Below, in pieces: positions 59,954-64,000 of a stretch of 64,000 nucleotides of DNA. Source of the DNA: Nannocystis bainbridge (GTDB taxonomy: Bacteria > Myxococcota_A > Polyangia > Nannocystales > Nannocystaceae); contig NZ_JAQNDL010000004.1 of the NCBI RefSeq assembly GCF_028368995.1, positions 512,001 through 576,000 of the forward strand. The letters run 5' to 3'. How positions within the stretch are numbered: the stretch's first letter is position 1; every line of letters starts with the position of its first letter. The position numbers were made by a program, and so were the translations under genes. The notes below the pieces were generated by a model that had not been told where the DNA came from, made no database searches, and saw only the letters and a list, made by a program, of their open reading frames with translations.

Positions 59954-62548
59954 ATGAAGAAGCCTCCCCCCAGGTCGACCATCCCCAACTTCAACGACCT
60001 CACCGAAAAGAAGCTGCGCTCGCTCGGGCAGAAGCTGGACAAGCTCGTCGACGCCAACGCGTTCAAGCACAACAGCCTGCTGCGCAAGAGCGACAGCGAC
60101 TCGACCGCGCTGCTGTGGCACCTGGCCCGCCACGGGCTCGTGCTGCATTCGGTGATCTCGGTCGGCATGTTCCGGACGCTCAGCGAGAACACCCGCGGGA
60201 TCCCGGCGGACGACATCCTCACCGTGCTGCGCCGCGTGCCCGACGACATGGGCGCGCTCGACAAGGGCCAGGGGCGCTCCTGGCCGTCGTACACGCCCGG
60301 AATCTCGACGGAGGTCGATACGCTGATCACCGCGGCGTACGTGGCCGACCCGGCGGCCGTGACGGCGCTGCGCGACGAGCTGCCGGAGAACATGCAGCTG
60401 GCGATCGACTTCGTCCGCGGCCGCGCCGGCGAGACGATCCCGCCGGCGTCGAGCGTGAAGATCCTGCGTCACCTCGTGACGACCCACCTGGTGCGCGGTC
60501 TGGCGACCGGCTGGGACTGCCCGTGGATCGTCGAGGGGCGACTGGTCGAGTTCCGTCTGAATTCGACGGCGCAGGTGGAGCTGCTGGCCGCCCGGTTCGG
60601 CTCGTCGTGGGCCGAGGAGGCGCACGCGTGGATCCTGCCGCGCGTCAACGAGTTCCGCGCGCGCGCCGGCGACATCGGCCGCAACGGCGTGGCCGGGCTG
60701 CGGCTGGCGACGCTGGCGGACGTGATCTATCTGTTCGGCGACGGCTGGTGGGACCCGCGCTCGCTGCTGGAAGTGCTCGACGCCCGCGACGATGCGCCGG
60801 CGGCCCTGTTCGCGGCGGCGCTCAAGCTGCGCGCCGAGGGCACTTCGGCGTTCAAGATCACGGTGCCGCAGGTGCGGCCGGAGCCGCCGCAGAAGCCGTC
60901 CGCCGGCGATGAGGACGCGGACGACGGCGACGACGGCGACGACGATTACGCCGGTGACGGCGACGAGTACGACGAGTACGGCGGCGGCGGCGGCGGCGGC
61001 GAGGTCGATGCGGACGCGGAGCCGGAGATCGAGGAGGCGAGCGGCGACGAGGAGCGGGTAGTGTTGCTGGCGACGCTGCTGACGGCGGTGGGCATCGAGC
61101 GCGCGCACGCGAGTGGGCAGGCGATCCCGCTCGAGGTGGACGCGGTGATCGACCTCGACAAGGTCTACGACAGCGAGCCGCAGCTGATCGCGCGGCTGCG
61201 CGGGGTGATGGCGATCCTCGGGCCGGCGCGCACGCACGCGATCCTGCGCAGGCAGCTGGCCAAGGAGTTCTGGTTCGGCAAGGTCAGCGCGTTCCTCGAC
61301 GTCCACTTCGACCGCGCGCTGGTCGAGGAGGCGTTCGCCCGCCTCGCCGCTGGCAAGTACGCGGCCGACGCCGGGCTGCTCGGGTTCTGCACGCCGGCGC
61401 TGGTGCCGTTCGTGGTCCAGGCGCAGGCGCAGGCGAGGACGCCCGAGATCAAGGCGATGTTCGGCGAGGCGATCCTTTACATCCTGGCCCGCGCGGCGGC
61501 AGGCGGCGAGACGTGGGACCCGGCGCTCGAGCAGCACCTGCAGCTCGACCAGATCCGGTTCGACTACGGCGGCCCCAAGGTCGACCCGGTGCTGGCGCTG
61601 CTCGACAAGCTGCCGCTGGCGCGGTGGGTCAAGGTCATCGAGGCCAACCGCGAGCGCTGCGCCGAGGAGCCGGTGCGGCTGCTCAAGCTGCTGCGGACCG
61701 ACATGCCGCCTGCACTCCTGGCCGAGATCTTGAAGGACGCGGTGGCCAGGCAACAGAAGCTCGGTTCCGGCGGGTTGGGCGACCGCCTGCGCAAGTTCGG
61801 GCCCGAGATCGTGACGCCGTTGCTGCAGGCGATCGGCGACGCGCCGGCCACCAACACGCTGATGAAGGATCTCGATCGCTCGCTCGACTACCTGGTGTTC
61901 ACGGCGGTAAAGGAGGGGCTCGGCAAGGCGATCGAGACGCCGGAGCAGGAGCTGCGGCGGCTGGCGGCCAGCGTGCCGGGAGAGACGATCCGGATCTATC
62001 GCCTGCGTCGCGGCCAGGGCGAGCCTTCGGCGGACGCGGTGGCGCGGATCGGCGGGGCGCCGCGCGGGGTGGTGACGCCGCCGGTCGATCGCAAGGAGCC
62101 GATGACGCACGTCATCACGCTCGACCTGGCGCAGCTGCCCGAGCTGGCGGCGCGTCGCCCGGGCGCGCGTTCGCTGTCGCTCTACTTGCCCGACCCCGAC
62201 ACCGGTGAGCGGCACCGCCACGGCGCGCTGGTGTGGACGAGCGAGGCGGAGCTGGGCGGCGCGCCGGGTTCGACCGCGGACGCGCGGCCGCTGGTGGTCG
62301 AGGCGTTCGACGTGCCGGCGCAGATCTTCGGCGGCGAGGAGCTCACGGGTCCGGCCAAGCGGGTACGCGGGATCGTCTACGGCTCGCCGGGATACGTCGG
62401 CGGCGGCCCGCTGTGGCTGCAGGACGGCGAGCCAGGGGTCGATCCGCGCTTCGTGTTCCAATTTGACGAGAGCCTGTGCGGCATCAACCTCGGCGACTCG
62501 GGGGTGATGTACGTGTTCGAGGGAGACATCGACTGGCAGTGCCATTGA
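59954..62548 (+). CDS. Large hypothetical helical protein with a C-terminal YwqG/DUF1963-like domain
   Basis: C-terminal RIGGAP...PMTHVITLDL..LP...GG.PLWLQ...FVFQFD...NLGDSGVMYVF; internal acidic Gly/Asp linker. Confidence 0.7.
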   Translation: MKKPPPRSTIPNFNDLTEKKLRSLGQKLDKLVDANAFKHNSLLRKSDSDSTALLWHLARHGLVLHSVISVGMFRTLSENTRGIPADDILTVLRRVPDDMGALDKGQGRSWPSYTPGISTEVDTLITAAYVADPAAVTALRDELPENMQLAIDFVRGRAGETIPPASSVKILRHLVTTHLVRGLATGWDCPWIVEGRLVEFRLNSTAQVELLAARFGSSWAEEAHAWILPRVNEFRARAGDIGRNGVAGLRLATLADVIYLFGDGWWDPRSLLEVLDARDDAPAALFAAALKLRAEGTSAFKITVPQVRPEPPQKPSAGDEDADDGDDGDDDYAGDGDEYDEYGGGGGGGEVDADAEPEIEEASGDEERVVLLATLLTAVGIERAHASGQAIPLEVDAVIDLDKVYDSEPQLIARLRGVMAILGPARTHAILRRQLAKEFWFGKVSAFLDVHFDRALVEEAFARLAAGKYAADAGLLGFCTPALVPFVVQAQAQARTPEIKAMFGEAILYILARAAAGGETWDPALEQHLQLDQIRFDYGGPKVDPVLALLDKLPLARWVKVIEANRERCAEEPVRLLKLLRTDMPPALLAEILKDAVARQQKLGSGGLGDRLRKFGPEIVTPLLQAIGDAPATNTLMKDLDRSLDYLVFTAVKEGLGKAIETPEQELRRLAASVPGETIRIYRLRRGQGEPSADAVARIGGAPRGVVTPPVDRKEPMTHVITLDLAQLPELAARRPGARSLSLYLPDPDTGERHRHGALVWTSEAELGGAPGSTADARPLVVEAFDVPAQIFGGEELTGPAKRVRGIVYGSPGYVGGGPLWLQDGEPGVDPRFVFQFDESLCGINLGDSGVMYVFEGDIDWQCH

Positions 62549-62556
62549 GGACGTAG

Positions 62557-62591
62557 CCAAACGCCTCCGTCGCGGAGATGGAGGCGTTTGG
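62557..62591. terminator. Strong hairpin after the stop codon
   Basis: ccaaacgcctccgtc-gcgga-gatggaggcgtttgg, 15-bp stem; no U-tract. Confidence 0.55.
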
Positions 62592-62604
62592 AGACACTGG
62601 CTGG

Positions 62605-64000
62605 ATGCACCATGTGAAGCGGTTGGGATGGATGGTCGCGGTCGTGGCCGCGTGTGGAGATTCGAGCGCCAGCACCGATGCTCTGCTGGAGACGACGACA
62701 TCGACATCGACATCGACCACGACGATGACGACGGACCCGGCGACCACGGACGAGCCGGGCACGACCGTCGCGCCGACGACGACGGACCCGACAACGACCT
62801 CGACTTCGACTTCGACCTCGACGACAGAGCCGGGTACGACGACGTCATCGACGACGGAGCCGGATACGACGACGACCTCCTCGACGACGGAGTCGGACAC
62901 GACGACGACGACGACGGACACGACGACGGACACGACGACCGGGACCGACACGAGCACTTCGACGACGACCGGGACCGACGATGACGCCGACGACGACGGC
63001 GTGGCGGACGCGGACGACAACTGCGTCGACGTCGCCAACGCGGGCCAGGAGGACGGCGACGAGGACGGGGCCGGCGACGCGTGTGACAACTGTGCCGGCG
63101 ATCCGAACCCCGATCAGGGCGACGGGGACGGGGACGGAGTCGGCGACCTTTGCGACGAGGAGGCGATCAACAACGGCGACGTGCTCTACGTGCCCGAGGG
63201 GACATCGATCGATCTCGGCGGGTCGCACTGCTACGGGCTGTGGGTGAAGATCGACGGCACGGTCACGGTGCCGGCGTACGCGAACAACCCGAACACCGGC
63301 ACGTTGACGCTCAAGTCGCAGACGATCCGGATCGGCGCGACCGGCAAGATCGTGGCCGACAACGCGGGCATGGCCGGCGGCACGCCGTCGCAGCAGAACA
63401 CGGTCGGCGGGTTCGCCGGGCAGGGCGTGGGTGCGGGCTGCGGCGGCGGTCCGGGCAGCTCGGTCGGGCAAGGCGGCTCGGGCGCGGGCTACGGCGGCGT
63501 CGGCGGCGCGCCCGGGAACACCTACGCGATGAACAACGCCTGCAACAGCTGCAGCGAGCCGACCATCTCGCACTGCGGCGGCGCGGTCGGCACGGTCGTC
63601 GGCACCGACATGGGCGAGGACGTGGCGCTCGGCGTCGGCGGCGGCGCGGGCGGCAACTCGAGCGGCTGCAGCAACGCCGGCGGTCGCGGCGGTCGCGGCG
63701 GCGGCTCGGTGCTGCTGCTGGCCAACGACTGGGTGCAGGTCGACGGCTCGGTGAGCGCGCGCGGCGAGGAGCCCCCGCCCGACAATTCGGCGTGCGGTTA
63801 TCGACCCGGGGGCGGCGGCGGCTCGGGCGGCGGCATCGTCGTCGCCGCGGACGAGGTGCTCGGCGCGGGCACGCTCGACGCCCGCGGCGGCAACGGCGGA
63901 CCGGCGCTCGGCGAGACGCAGAGCCAGACGTGGGCGTGGGGCGGCGGCGGCGGCGGCGGCGGCCGGATCAAGGTGTTCTCGCCGGCCGACGCGTTCAGCG
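62605..64000 (+). CDS. Thr-rich lipoprotein with thrombospondin type-3-like repeats and a Gly-rich domain (3'-truncated)
   Basis: MHHVKRLGWMVAVVAAC lipobox; Thr tract; DADDDGVADADDNC...NAGQEDGDEDGAGDACDNC; GGGSGGG segments; open to the window end, so it is absent from the ORF track. Confidence 0.85.
   Translation, partial: MHHVKRLGWMVAVVAACGDSSASTDALLETTTSTSTSTTTMTTDPATTDEPGTTVAPTTTDPTTTSTSTSTSTTEPGTTTSSTTEPDTTTTSSTTESDTTTTTTDTTTDTTTGTDTSTSTTTGTDDDADDDGVADADDNCVDVANAGQEDGDEDGAGDACDNCAGDPNPDQGDGDGDGVGDLCDEEAINNGDVLYVPEGTSIDLGGSHCYGLWVKIDGTVTVPAYANNPNTGTLTLKSQTIRIGATGKIVADNAGMAGGTPSQQNTVGGFAGQGVGAGCGGGPGSSVGQGGSGAGYGGVGGAPGNTYAMNNACNSCSEPTISHCGGAVGTVVGTDMGEDVALGVGGGAGGNSSGCSNAGGRGGRGGGSVLLLANDWVQVDGSVSARGEEPPPDNSACGYRPGGGGGSGGGIVVAADEVLGAGTLDARGGNGGPALGETQSQTWAWGGGGGGGGRIKVFSPADAFS

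Overview
A very GC-rich, gene-dense chromosomal window from a myxobacterium (Myxococcota, probably Nannocystis-like; inferred from Cys-rich myxobacterial repeat lipoproteins, MYXO-CTERM-like tails, RsbR-like STAS proteins and the rph-rdgB-tRNA block). No prophage, transposase or CRISPR-Cas was found. Recognisable content: a three-gene DabA/DabB/NuoM-like inorganic-carbon pump, a STAND NTPase-TPR protein, thiC under a TPP riboswitch, a TonB receptor with lipoproteins, a reversed HAD-ECH fusion, rph-rdgB-tRNA-Pro-tRNA-Arg, recQ, a heme uptake operon (hmuTUV + HmuY) divergent from a stand-alone Cys-free rpsD with two Fur-like boxes between them, BVMO/LysR/ferritin-like genes, a PPIase-HupE/UreJ-DUF3604 triad and a bacterial PARG. 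The most striking unexplained signal is a 14-bp palindromic unit, TGTCC-N4-GGACA. It forms exactly 14-bp-phased tandem arrays at 8 of the 9 convergent gene junctions. I saw no arrays in divergent promoter regions. Single units or short runs are also written into many coding sequences, and the motif sits inside small junction duplications that appear to preserve translational coupling. All assignments come from reading motifs by eye; no database search was run.
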